NCBI GenBank assembly: GCA_036787005.1
Contig: DAIQQC010000001.1
Location: 12,879 to 68,377 of the forward strand
Direction of reading: 5' to 3'
Origin: Dehalococcoidales bacterium
GTDB taxonomy: Bacteria; Chloroflexota; Dehalococcoidia; Dehalococcoidales; RBG-16-60-22
Length of the DNA stretch: 55,499 nt
The translations under genes were made by a program, and so were the position numbers. How positions within the stretch are numbered: the first letter of the stretch is position 1; each line of letters starts with the position of its first letter. Of this stretch, positions 38,639 to 48,821 are shown piece by piece. The notes under the pieces are model-generated. The model saw only the letters and a list, made by a program, of their open reading frames with translations. It did no database searches and was not told the DNA's origin.

Positions 38639-38986
38639 ATGGCAAAAGTAAAAATTACCGTGGTCAAGACATCAAATTATAACGAAATGTTCGGAAAAAA
38701 TCTTCCAGCGAACATCGACAAAGCCATGCTTAAGCCGCAATGCCACGTCTTCAAGACCGGGCAAGAGTTCATTTTAAGCACCGATAGTGACGCGCCTCCC
38801 TCGCAGAGCTGGGAAAACTGTCCGGCAGGCTTTTGTCCCTGGGCTTATGCTGATATCCAGAGGGATATCACCCATATACTCTTCGGCGGCTCTTATCCGT
38901 GGATAAAGGATAATGGAGTGACTATCTCATGCTGCACGGACGGTTTAAGACCGGTTATCTTTAAGATTGAGAGAATTGCCGATTGA
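38639..38986 (+). CDS. small Cys-containing protein, TIGR04076-like
   Basis: 115 aa. CPAGFCPWAYADIQ and a later CC pair resemble the TIGR04076 family. This assignment rests on memory of the family pattern only. Confidence 0.5.
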   Translation: MAKVKITVVKTSNYNEMFGKNLPANIDKAMLKPQCHVFKTGQEFILSTDSDAPPSQSWENCPAGFCPWAYADIQRDITHILFGGSYPWIKDNGVTISCCTDGLRPVIFKIERIAD

Positions 38987-39091
38987 CCACCGGAGGGGGA
39001 AGCGTCTCACGGGCCGATTACGGCATTTCCTGACTGATAATGTTGTCCGCGTTTTTCTGCAAAGTCGGATATACTAGAAAGGATTGAAAAT

Positions 39092-39538
39092 ATGAGTACA
39101 CGTAAATACAGCAAATACCTCATTTCTAATCCCAAGCTTGTTCGCGAACTGGTATATCATGACCTTAAAAACGTATCAGGCTTTACCTTTCCCGATGAAA
39201 TATACCTGGACAAAGATATCCTCGAGGAAGCCAACCACTGGCTGGATATCACCTGGATATGGGACAAGACCACTCCCCGGGAGCTGCCCGGCGCCCATTC
39301 CCATAAATTTGACGAGATTGTCCTCTTGGTTGGCTCCAACGCCAGGAACCTGAGAGATTTGGGCGGGGAGGTGGAGTGGGGTATGGGCGAAGGCAAAGAC
39401 GCAGAGACCTACCTGATTACCGCCACCACCCTGATTTACGTCCCCAAAGGGCTGGTTCATGGACCCCTTGTTTTCAAGAGGGTGGATAGACCCATATTGA
39501 ATATCGCTATCGGCATCAATACCGGAAAGTACGCCTGA
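39092..39538 (+). CDS. small cupin-domain protein, uncharacterised family (paralog 4 of 4)
   Basis: MSTRKYSKYLISNPK...GAHSHKFDEIVLLVGSNARNLRDLGGEVEW...IYVPKGLVHGPLVF. Confidence 0.75.
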   Translation: MSTRKYSKYLISNPKLVRELVYHDLKNVSGFTFPDEIYLDKDILEEANHWLDITWIWDKTTPRELPGAHSHKFDEIVLLVGSNARNLRDLGGEVEWGMGEGKDAETYLITATTLIYVPKGLVHGPLVFKRVDRPILNIAIGINTGKYA

Positions 39539-39672
39539 AGTCAGGATGATATTATTGATATAGGTGAAGAACTGTCACCGACAGCGGATACCCTCAATAT
39601 TGAGCAGCAAATATGCCTTCGACGGTTTTCAGGAGTTCAACATTTGCTCTAACTAATGCTACCTTCTCTTAA

Positions 39673-39822
39673 GTTTTAAAACTGGCGGACATGGGTTACA
39701 GGGAAGCACTGCGAACAGATGAAACACTGGGGAAAGGCCTTAAGGTGTACAAAGGCGAGCTGGTATATGCGCCCGTAGCTAGATCACTGGGTTTATATTA
39801 TACTTCTTTAGAGGCTTTTTAA
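39673..39822 (+). pseudogene. C-terminal remnant of an alanine dehydrogenase gene
   Basis: LADMGYREALRTDETLGKGLKVYKGELVYAPVARSLGLYYTSLEAF* matches the extreme C-terminus of Ald-type enzymes. A stop lies immediately upstream and the rest of the gene is absent. Confidence 0.55.
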
Positions 39823-39942
39823 TTTATTCTTCCAATACGGTACTCAAGAATTTGAATAAGCAGGCAATTATTAAATCGTGTAGAAATAACGGACGTATTA
39901 GTATTTTGTCTTAAAAAAAAGATGGAATTGGCAAGCCCATAG

Positions 39943-40206
39943 GTAGTAAAACGATATGTTGAAGACCTTCGTCAATTTCTCGATAGCAGAGAATTGATGG
40001 AACGAAGAGCATTTATAAAGAGTTACGTGAAGGAAATCAAAGTTGTTGGAAACGAGGGACACATCAGGTATACCTTCCCAATACCTCCGGATAATCACGA
40101 GGAAGAGGGGTTGGGAGTTCTGCCTATTGTACGGTATGGTGGAGCTGAGGTTACAATAGGTAGAACTCCAAAGACCTTTGACCTGTGTTTTACCCTTATA
40201 ATTTAA
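39943..40206 (+). pseudogene. C-terminal remnant of a large serine recombinase
   Basis: ...RELMERRAFIKSYVKEIKVVGNEGHIRYTFPIPP...VLPIVRYGGAEVTIGRT has the typical C-terminal tail pattern of large serine recombinases. No catalytic domain lies upstream. Confidence 0.5.
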
Positions 40207-40420
40207 ACGGTTTGTGTTGTTCCCAAAAAAGGACCGCCATATCGCAAGCCTAAAACCTAAGCGTAAACTCTATGTGCAATAAAGGAACCTTTTTATCCCA
40301 GTCACAAACCGCTATTCTGTTACCTTTGAGGGGGAAGAACACGTCACGGGATGGACTTCAGAAGTGGAGTGACTGGGTAAGGTTTGTTATAATGTGGGCT
40401 CGATGACGTTAGAAGAATAG

Positions 40421-40576
40421 TTTTTATCGATTAAGAAGACGCTTGAAGACGCATATCTCAGTCATGAGGAACCCTGGAGGCAATCTGGTATGTCCGGGCC
40501 TTTGGAACAGTGGGTTTCTTTGAGAAAACCTGTTGCCGATTGTATAGACAAATCAGGATCGTTCCTCGATAATTAA
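40421..40576 (+). pseudogene. N-terminal remnant of a SAM-dependent methyltransferase
   Basis: ...EEPWRQSGMSGPLEQWVSLRKPVADCIDKSGSFLDN* stops exactly where the GxGxG SAM motif would follow. Confidence 0.35.
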
Positions 40577-40591
40577 ACACACCCCCACATT

Positions 40592-40915
40592 CTAGTACCG
40601 ACTTATCTTTGGCTTTCCCAGAAATAAGACTCCCTCAGGCACTTGGTTGCGGCGAATTCTAAGCCTGGAAACGTAATTTGACCATTTGGAACAATTTTGG
40701 AGCTTCCTCTTCTTGTTTTCCAGATCGATCTGCCTGATTAAACGATATTCTCTTGCTTCTTTTATATACTTATCCTGTTTGTACTGAGCCTCAATGCCAG
40801 ATGGTGTAAAACCAAAAAGGTCATCCATATAAGTCCTCCCTACTTTAAAGTCTTCGAACGTGCGTTCTATATACGCAAGGTTTTCCATGGTTTTCCCTTT
40901 TGATATCCAATTCAT
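40592..40915 (-). CDS. hypothetical protein
   Basis: 107-aa ORF with no recognisable motif. It lies in the low-GC scar region and may itself be a fragment. Confidence 0.3.
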   Translation of the reverse strand: MNWISKGKTMENLAYIERTFEDFKVGRTYMDDLFGFTPSGIEAQYKQDKYIKEAREYRLIRQIDLENKKRKLQNCSKWSNYVSRLRIRRNQVPEGVLFLGKPKISRY

Positions 40916-41058
40916 TGGATTTTCCTCCCCGAAAAACGCTGCTCATTTGACAACATTTATTATTGCCGATGGCAATCAAACCTGCTATAATGCTTATGTT
41001 GGTTATATTATAAAGCAAATAATCTAACCTGTCAATAGTCTTTAGGGGGTTATTTTTG

Positions 41059-41703
41059 ATGAATGAAGAAATATTTGAAGCAAGATTTGTTACAAAGACC
41101 GGCTGGCTCTGTCTTGATTATGCTAACACAGTAGATTGGCATGCCAGTGCCAATCCTCAAGAAACGTTATCCACTTATCTTGACCTAGTCCAGTGGGCAA
41201 AAAACGTAGCAATTATATCTGCCGCCGATGCAGACTCTTTACTTGTTGCAAGTGAAAAAGAGCCAGAAGCTGCTCGAACGACTTTGAAATGTGCAATAGA
41301 ATTGCGGGAAGTCTTCTATCGCATCCTCTCAAACAAAGCCAGAGCTATCGACATTAGTGCGGACGATCTTACGATGCTGAATGAGGAGATAAAAAAAATG
41401 CTACCTAATCTTAGGCTGGCTCGGAACAATGAGTATTTCGCCTGGGATTGGACTGTTAGCGTTGAACGCTTAGATTCCATTCTATGGCCTGTGATCTGGT
41501 CAGCTGTCGAACTTCTAACCTCCAAGGCCTTAGAGAGAGTCGGGCAATGTGCGGACGAGAGAGGCTGCGGTTGGCTTTTCTGGGACAGCAGTCGCAATAG
41601 AACTAGGCGCTGGTGTGATATGCAGGACTGCGGTAACCGCGCTAAATCCCGTCGTCATTACAGGAGGTCCCGGATCTCAACAGAAAAATGGATAACACTA
41701 TGA
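41059..41703 (+). CDS. CGNR zinc-finger (ABATE domain) protein
   Basis: The C-terminal RRWCDMQDCGNRAKSRRHYRR carries the eponymous CGNR motif. AGGGGG RBS. Confidence 0.85.
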   Translation: MNEEIFEARFVTKTGWLCLDYANTVDWHASANPQETLSTYLDLVQWAKNVAIISAADADSLLVASEKEPEAARTTLKCAIELREVFYRILSNKARAIDISADDLTMLNEEIKKMLPNLRLARNNEYFAWDWTVSVERLDSILWPVIWSAVELLTSKALERVGQCADERGCGWLFWDSSRNRTRRWCDMQDCGNRAKSRRHYRRSRISTEKWITL

Positions 41704-41838
41704 CGTTGCCAACTTAATGAAGACTAAGGGGGCTTTCTTCTCTACGAATTCTCGATTTACGGTAAAATGAAAAATATTTAATACGTACCCTCGCTCACAC
41801 TCCCAGTAATAGGCATATTTGTTAGGAAAAAACGCAAT

Positions 41839-43426
<1,588 letters not shown>

Positions 43427-43442
43427 CCGAAGTGCAATCTTA

Positions 43443-43471
43443 AGTATATCGGTTGAAAGCACGCGTGTCAA
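43443..43471 (-). promoter_or_regulatory. TTGACA, 17 nt, TATACT promoter for tRNA-fMet
   Basis: On the minus strand TTGACA is 43466-43471 and TATACT is 43443-43448, with a 17-nt spacer. The tRNA 5' end lies 16 nt after the -10. Confidence 0.5.
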
Positions 43472-43534
43472 GCATGGGAAGAGAAGAGAAGAAGCGGTGG
43501 AGCCCCCTCTCTAACACCTGTAATGTAAACGTCT

Positions 43535-44395
43535 TTATGCCTTCGGCGGTAGCTCCGCGGCGCGCTTGCGGTAACCTTCCAGATAGCGGCGCGCGAAGCG
43601 ATCGCGGCCCAGAATAAGGTCGGCGGAGAGCACCGCGGGCATGACCTTGGCGGCGTCGGCAATCAGGGCGGTCCCGCCCGCCTCGATGACCATCGCCAAC
43701 CAGGCATTGTTCAGGATCTGGCGGTCGGGCATACCGAAAGAGATATTGCTGGCGCCCATCGTCATGTTCACGCCGATTTCAAGGCGTATCCGGCGCAGGG
43801 CGTCCAGGACGTCCCTGGCGGCCTTCGGTTCAGCGCCGATGGCGTAGGTCATAACGTCGATGACCAGGTCTTCCCTGGGGACTCCGGCCTTTTCACAGGC
43901 TTCGACGATTCGCTTGGTGATTTCTACCCGGCGCTCCGTGCTCTTGGGGATACCCGCCTCGTCCTGGGCCAGGCCGACCACCGCGGCGCCGTAGTGTTTG
44001 ATCAGGGGCAGGACGCGTTCCAGGCGGGCTTTCTCGCCGCTGATGGAGTTCACCAGCGGTTTGCCCTTGTAGACCTTCAGGCCGGCTTCCAGGGCAGCGG
44101 CGTTGGGGCTATCGATGCAGACAGGGACGTCGACAGTATCCTGGATGATCTTGATAGCTTCGGGGAGCAATTTAACATCATCGACGCCGGGGGCGTTGAC
44201 ATTGCAGTCGAGGATGGTAGCCCCGGCGGCAACCTGTTCGAGCGCTTCTTTCTTGATGATGGAAAGGTCGCCGGCTTTAAGCGCTTCCTGCAGCTTTTTC
44301 TTGCCGGTGGGGTTGATACGCTCGCCGATGATGACCGTCGGCCGGTCATAAGAAATGATCACTTCTTTGGTCGGGGTAGATACTTTCGTGTCCAT
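43535..44395 (-). CDS. pterin-binding methyltransferase (MtrH / methyl-H4folate:corrinoid MeTr-like; presumptive MT II)
   Basis: 286 aa. IIGERINPTGKKK..., ILDCNVN, VPVCIDS, LVNSISGE and MGASNISFGMP are the classic pterin-binding TIM-barrel blocks. AGGAGA RBS. Confidence 0.85.
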   Translation of the reverse strand: MDTKVSTPTKEVIISYDRPTVIIGERINPTGKKKLQEALKAGDLSIIKKEALEQVAAGATILDCNVNAPGVDDVKLLPEAIKIIQDTVDVPVCIDSPNAAALEAGLKVYKGKPLVNSISGEKARLERVLPLIKHYGAAVVGLAQDEAGIPKSTERRVEITKRIVEACEKAGVPREDLVIDVMTYAIGAEPKAARDVLDALRRIRLEIGVNMTMGASNISFGMPDRQILNNAWLAMVIEAGGTALIADAAKVMPAVLSADLILGRDRFARRYLEGYRKRAAELPPKA

Positions 44396-44520
44396 TTATT
44401 CTCCTGTTCCAGATACAAGAAATTCAAAGCTAAAAGCTCATGAGTATTATAGCATTTCTACGCCTGGGGATAAAGATTGAGTGACGACTTAAGATACCCA
44501 GTTTTATTCTTTGAACTGAA

Positions 44521-45855
44521 CTAATACACGCCGTACTCTCTGACGGCTTCCATCATTGCCCGCAGGTTATCGGGGTTGCCCTCGTTCATGCCGGCTGCGC
44601 CGGTCAGGATATAGCCGCCGCCGGGGGCACAGGTCTCGATGAGTTTACGGCAGTACTCCTTGACCTCTTTGGGCGACTTAGTATACAGATACGAAGACGG
44701 GACGTTGCCGGCGATGCAGGCAGAACTGCCGAGGACCTTCTTCGCACGGGCCATGTCAATGTCCTCAAAGAGCCACAAAGCGGATGACTTAGGTAGGTCC
44801 TTAATGACCTCGAGGCGGGCGCCGTACCTGCCCTCGGCGAAGGGGAAAGGCACCAGCCCCTCCTCGATCATCCCCATCAGCACGCGGCGGTAGGTAGGCC
44901 AGTAAAAGGTCTCGAACTGCTTCGGGGACATAAAGCTCTCGTCGCCTTTATGGAGGGGCATAAAAACCATCGGTGAGCCGGTAACGTCCGCCATCGCCAC
45001 GGCCGAAGCGATCGTTTGCGGGACGAGCCTCTCCATGGCTTCATGCAGCCTTTCCGGCTGGCGGTACATATCCATGACCATGCCCTGGGTGCCGCGCAGC
45101 ATATCGACGATATTATCGAACGGCGCGCCGCCCATCGCCCCCCCGCGCAGGTTCGGTATGCCGGCCGCCAGGCAGGCAAGATTGAGACCGGCGATAGCCC
45201 TCTGCCACTTAATGACCTCTTTGCCGGCCGCGATCATCGTGCGGAAAGCCCTGGAGACATCGGGATCGGCCATGGCGGCATAAAATGGCAGAGGCACGCT
45301 CATCGTGCCGGTCATCGGGGGCAGCTTGCGGAGCGGCTCCAGCGCCCCGACGACGCGCGGCAGGAATACGCGCCACCAGAAATCGGCGGGATTACCCAGG
45401 AAGGCGGGGTACTCGTCGGCCTTCATATATTCCTTCTCCACGAACTGGTAGAGGGAGGCGTTGTCCGGCAGGCCGTGGCCGGGCCACTTGTGCAGACGGT
45501 GGTCGGTCATCTCCAGGGCTTTACCGGGGAAGACCAGCGACGGGCCGGTGAAGGTGTCCATGTCAAACTCGGCGATGAACTTGAGGTAGGCCTTTTTCAG
45601 CTTCGTGAAGTCGTACATGACTTCCTTGAGGGTGTAGCCGGCATAGTGGACGGGAAAGACGCCGGAGGGCAGCATGCAGGGGACGCGGTCGGGCTCTTCC
45701 AGCTTGATGGCCTTGATAAAGCGGGTCGTCCGCTCTTTGTAAAGGCGTTCCGCTTTTTTGTTCTTGAACTTGATATCCGGAGAAAGCCAGCGCTTGAAGC
45801 GCTCCTCGCGCTTCTGCTGCCAGGTAAGCTTGTCCCAATTGGCGATGCCTTCCAT
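44521..45855 (-). CDS. URO-D-family corrinoid-dependent methyltransferase, paralog 6 (presumptive MT I)
   Basis: 444 aa with WDKLTWQQKREERFKRWLSP, KWPGHGLPD, RGTQGMVMDMYRQP, PLHKGDESFMSPKQFETFYWPT, ACIAGNVP and CAPGGGYIL. GGGAGG RBS. Confidence 0.8.
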   Translation of the reverse strand: MEGIANWDKLTWQQKREERFKRWLSPDIKFKNKKAERLYKERTTRFIKAIKLEEPDRVPCMLPSGVFPVHYAGYTLKEVMYDFTKLKKAYLKFIAEFDMDTFTGPSLVFPGKALEMTDHRLHKWPGHGLPDNASLYQFVEKEYMKADEYPAFLGNPADFWWRVFLPRVVGALEPLRKLPPMTGTMSVPLPFYAAMADPDVSRAFRTMIAAGKEVIKWQRAIAGLNLACLAAGIPNLRGGAMGGAPFDNIVDMLRGTQGMVMDMYRQPERLHEAMERLVPQTIASAVAMADVTGSPMVFMPLHKGDESFMSPKQFETFYWPTYRRVLMGMIEEGLVPFPFAEGRYGARLEVIKDLPKSSALWLFEDIDMARAKKVLGSSACIAGNVPSSYLYTKSPKEVKEYCRKLIETCAPGGGYILTGAAGMNEGNPDNLRAMMEAVREYGVY

Positions 45856-45896
45856 ACATTAGCCTCCCATATCATCGACTATTGCGGGTGATGGAG

Positions 45897-45936
45897 ATTG
45901 CCGCGTCGTCCCGATGTGATCGGGCCTCCTCGCAAT
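45897..45936. repeat. REP-like hairpin in the spacer between paralogs 5 and 6
   Basis: ATTGCCGCGTCGTCCCGATGTGATCGGGCCTCCTCGCAAT has an inner perfect stem CCCGAT/ATCGGG and outer arms ATTGC/GCAAT. Confidence 0.45.
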
Positions 45937-45948
45937 GACAGCGTATAT

Positions 45949-47289
45949 TTATTGCTTATATATGCCGTATTCTTTAGCGGCGGCCATCATGGCGCGGATA
46001 TTTTCCGGCCGGGCCATGTCGAAGGTGGAGCCGCCCGTCAGGATATAGCCGCCGCCCGGGGCGCAGGTCTCGATGAGCTGGCGGCAATATGCGGTCATTT
46101 CTTTTTCCGTGCCGGTGTAGGCGACGGAGACCGGGACATTGCCGGCGATGCAGGCTACACGGCCGACCGTTTTCTTGGCGTTGGCCATGTTCGTCTGGTC
46201 GAACATCCAGATGCAGGCCGACTTAGGCATATCGGAGATATAATCGAGCCGGCGGTTATAGGCGCCCTCGGCTACCGGCATGGGAATAAGCCCTTCCTCG
46301 ACCATGGCGAGGAGCAGCCGGCGGAAAGTAGGCCAGTAAAATACCTCGAACTGCTTATCGGACATGAAGGAATCGTCGCCTTTGTGCAGCGGCATCATGA
46401 TAACCGGGCAATCGGCGGCGTCCGCCATGGCGACCGCCCCGGAGAGCAGTCCGGGCAGGACGAACTCCATGCCCTGGTGGATCTTGTCCGGCTGGCGGTA
46501 CATGTCCATGACGATGCCGTGGGTGCCGCGGAGGTTATCAGCGAAGACGTCGAATGGGGCGACGGCCAGCCCGCCGCGGAAAACGGGAAAGCCCTTAGCT
46601 TTGGCCGCCTCGGTAGTCTCAGCGGCGGCTTTATTCCAGGCCGGCACATGCTTGCTGGCCTCGCCGATAGCCTTGAAGGTGGCCTGGAAATGGGGGTCGA
46701 GGCACATCGCCATCAGGCGCGCGGGCAGGCCCTGGTAGGACGAAAAGGGAGGCATGTCTTTAAAAGGCTCGAAGACGCCCATGGTGCGCGGCAGGAGCTT
46801 GCGCAGCTGGAAATCGAAGGGGTCTTTCATAAAGAGGTCGTACTCATCGGCCTGCATATAGACACCCTCCACGTACTGGTAGGAGTGGGCGTCGTCGGGC
46901 AGGCCGTGGCCGGGCCACTTCATCGTCCGGGCACCCAGGCACTCGTTGACCTGTGCCTGGAAGAACAGGGTGCCGTCGAACGTATCAGAGTCGTACTCGT
47001 CCACGAACCTGAGCCAGACCTTTTTCATGAGCGCGGGGTCGTACATGACCTGCTTGAGGGGGACGCCGGCGTTAAAGGCGGGGAACCAGCCGGTGGGAAT
47101 CATACAGGGGACACGGTCGGGGACCTCCATTTTAGCCGCCTTCGCCAGGCGGGTGGCGCGGGCCTTGTAGCCTTTCTCCGCCTCTTTACTGACGAACTTA
47201 ACGTCGGCGGGATTGATCCACTTATCGAGGCGGAGGTCGCGTTTCTGCTGCCAGGTCAATTTAGACCAATTTTCAGGTCTGGTAAACAC
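45949..47289 (-). CDS. URO-D-family corrinoid-dependent methyltransferase, paralog 5
   Basis: 446 aa with WSKLTWQQKRDLRLDKWINP, KWPGHGLPD, RGTHGIVMDMYRQP, PLHKGDDSFMSDKQFEVFYWPT, ACIAGNVP and CAPGGGYIL. Confidence 0.8.
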   Translation of the reverse strand: MFTRPENWSKLTWQQKRDLRLDKWINPADVKFVSKEAEKGYKARATRLAKAAKMEVPDRVPCMIPTGWFPAFNAGVPLKQVMYDPALMKKVWLRFVDEYDSDTFDGTLFFQAQVNECLGARTMKWPGHGLPDDAHSYQYVEGVYMQADEYDLFMKDPFDFQLRKLLPRTMGVFEPFKDMPPFSSYQGLPARLMAMCLDPHFQATFKAIGEASKHVPAWNKAAAETTEAAKAKGFPVFRGGLAVAPFDVFADNLRGTHGIVMDMYRQPDKIHQGMEFVLPGLLSGAVAMADAADCPVIMMPLHKGDDSFMSDKQFEVFYWPTFRRLLLAMVEEGLIPMPVAEGAYNRRLDYISDMPKSACIWMFDQTNMANAKKTVGRVACIAGNVPVSVAYTGTEKEMTAYCRQLIETCAPGGGYILTGGSTFDMARPENIRAMMAAAKEYGIYKQ

Positions 47290-47314
47290 TATTTATTCCT
47301 CCGATCATCAAGGT

Positions 47315-47393
47315 GTCATTCTGAGCACGGCGAAGAATCCGGCCCGTTCTCAAAGAAACGGATTCTTCAGTCGCGCCGCTCCTTCAGAATGAC
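47315..47393. repeat. REP-like long hairpin in the spacer between paralogs 4 and 5
   Basis: GTCATTCTGA...GAAGAATCCG // CGGATTCTTC...TCAGAATGAC forms two perfect 10-bp arm pairs. Confidence 0.55.
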
Positions 47394-47402
47394 AAAGGGA
47401 AG

Positions 47403-48809
47403 TTATTTTTTTACTTTGGTCGGTTTCTTTGGTTTTAAAGATTTTGTTTTTGGTTTAGCTTTATACGCGCCGTATTCGGCTGCAGCGTCCATCATGGCCT
47501 TGAGGTTTTCTATCTTGCCGTTATCGATGCTGGCGCCGCCGGCCAGGATAAAGCCGCCCCCGGGGGCGCAGTCGGCGATAAGCTTCTTACAATAGTCTTT
47601 CACCTGTTTAGCGGTGCCCTTGATAACGATGGAGGTTGGCACGTTGCCGGCGATGCAGCAGATGCCGCCCAGCAGCCGCTTGGCCTCTTTCATATCGGTC
47701 TGGTCGAAGTACCAGACGACGCCGCTCGGCGGGGTGTCCGTAATCTGTTTGAGCCGGTTGGTATAGCGCCCCTCGGCGAAGGGCATCGGCACCAGGCCTT
47801 CGTTGATCATCGCCAGGAAAAGGCGGCGCAGGGTGGGCCAGTAAAACTCGGCGAACTGCTTGTCGGACATGAAGGCGTCGTCGCCCTTGTGCAGGGGCAT
47901 CATGCAGATGGGGCTGGCCGATATCGGGAAGTTCTTGATATTGACCTCGATAGTCCATTGCAGATAGCGCTCCATCGCTTCGTGCAGTTTCTTCGGCTGG
48001 CGGAACAGGTCGCGCGAAATACCCTGGGTGCCGCGTAGAGCGTCGGCAAAATGGTCGAAGGGCGCCCCCGCCATCATGCCGCCACCCCACATCGAGGGAT
48101 AGCCGTGGGCCCGGATGTAGTTATTGATTTCCAGGCCAGCATCCATCCATTTTTTCTGTACGTCTACCAGACCCAGGAGCGTCTCGAAGGTCTGGCGGAT
48201 ATCCGGGTCGGTGAGGGCCATCAGCCAGAAATTGCCCATGATGGAACTGAAAGGCGGCAGTTTGCGGAAGGACTCGAAGAGGGGGGTGGTGCGGGGCATC
48301 ATTACGCGGAGGTTATAATCGGTGGGATCGAGCATGTACCGGTCGTACTCATCCGGCAGCATGTACTCGCCCTCGACGAACTGGTTCATGGTGGCGGTCT
48401 CGGGCAGGCCGAGGCCGGGGAGCTTGGTCTGCCTGGAGCGGACGACGGATGCAATCTGACCGCAGGGGATAAAGCTGGGCCCGCTGAAAATGTCCATGTC
48501 CCCGAAGGCCGTCATGTATTTCTTCCATATCGCATGGCCTTTTTTATAATCGTACATGAGCTCGTGGAAAGACGAGCCGCCCCAGTAGGCGGGGAAGTTG
48601 CCGGTGGGGAGCATCACGGGGACGCGGTCGGGCTCCTCCAGCTTGATGGCTTTCACAAAGCGGGTCACGCGCTGTTTGTAGAGCTCTTCCGCCTCCTTGC
48701 TGACGAACTTGACGTCGATAGGATTGAGCCAGCGGTTAAAGCGTTCCTCGCGTTTTTCCTGCCAGGTCATGTCCGCCCAGGCTTTTTTAGCTGCCGTTTT
48801 GACTGCCAT
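47403..48809 (-). CDS. URO-D-family corrinoid-dependent methyltransferase, paralog 4, with Lys-rich C-terminal tail
   Basis: 468 aa with the same conserved blocks (WADMTWQEKREERFNRWLNP, PLHKGDDAFMSDKQFAEFYWPT, CCIAGNVP, CAPGGGFIL). It adds the tail KAKPKTKSLKPKKPTKVKK. GGGAGG RBS 12 nt after the upstream stop. Confidence 0.8.
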   Translation of the reverse strand: MAVKTAAKKAWADMTWQEKREERFNRWLNPIDVKFVSKEAEELYKQRVTRFVKAIKLEEPDRVPVMLPTGNFPAYWGGSSFHELMYDYKKGHAIWKKYMTAFGDMDIFSGPSFIPCGQIASVVRSRQTKLPGLGLPETATMNQFVEGEYMLPDEYDRYMLDPTDYNLRVMMPRTTPLFESFRKLPPFSSIMGNFWLMALTDPDIRQTFETLLGLVDVQKKWMDAGLEINNYIRAHGYPSMWGGGMMAGAPFDHFADALRGTQGISRDLFRQPKKLHEAMERYLQWTIEVNIKNFPISASPICMMPLHKGDDAFMSDKQFAEFYWPTLRRLFLAMINEGLVPMPFAEGRYTNRLKQITDTPPSGVVWYFDQTDMKEAKRLLGGICCIAGNVPTSIVIKGTAKQVKDYCKKLIADCAPGGGFILAGGASIDNGKIENLKAMMDAAAEYGAYKAKPKTKSLKPKKPTKVKK

Positions 48810-48821
48810 TTTCGTACCTCC

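Noticed and set aside
40262-40285. Partial fourth copy of the island operator (CTCTATGTGCAATAA)
   Set aside because: Only the TATGTGCAAT core matches. No TTGAC box lies 25 nt downstream and no gene follows. It is probably chance or a dead relic.
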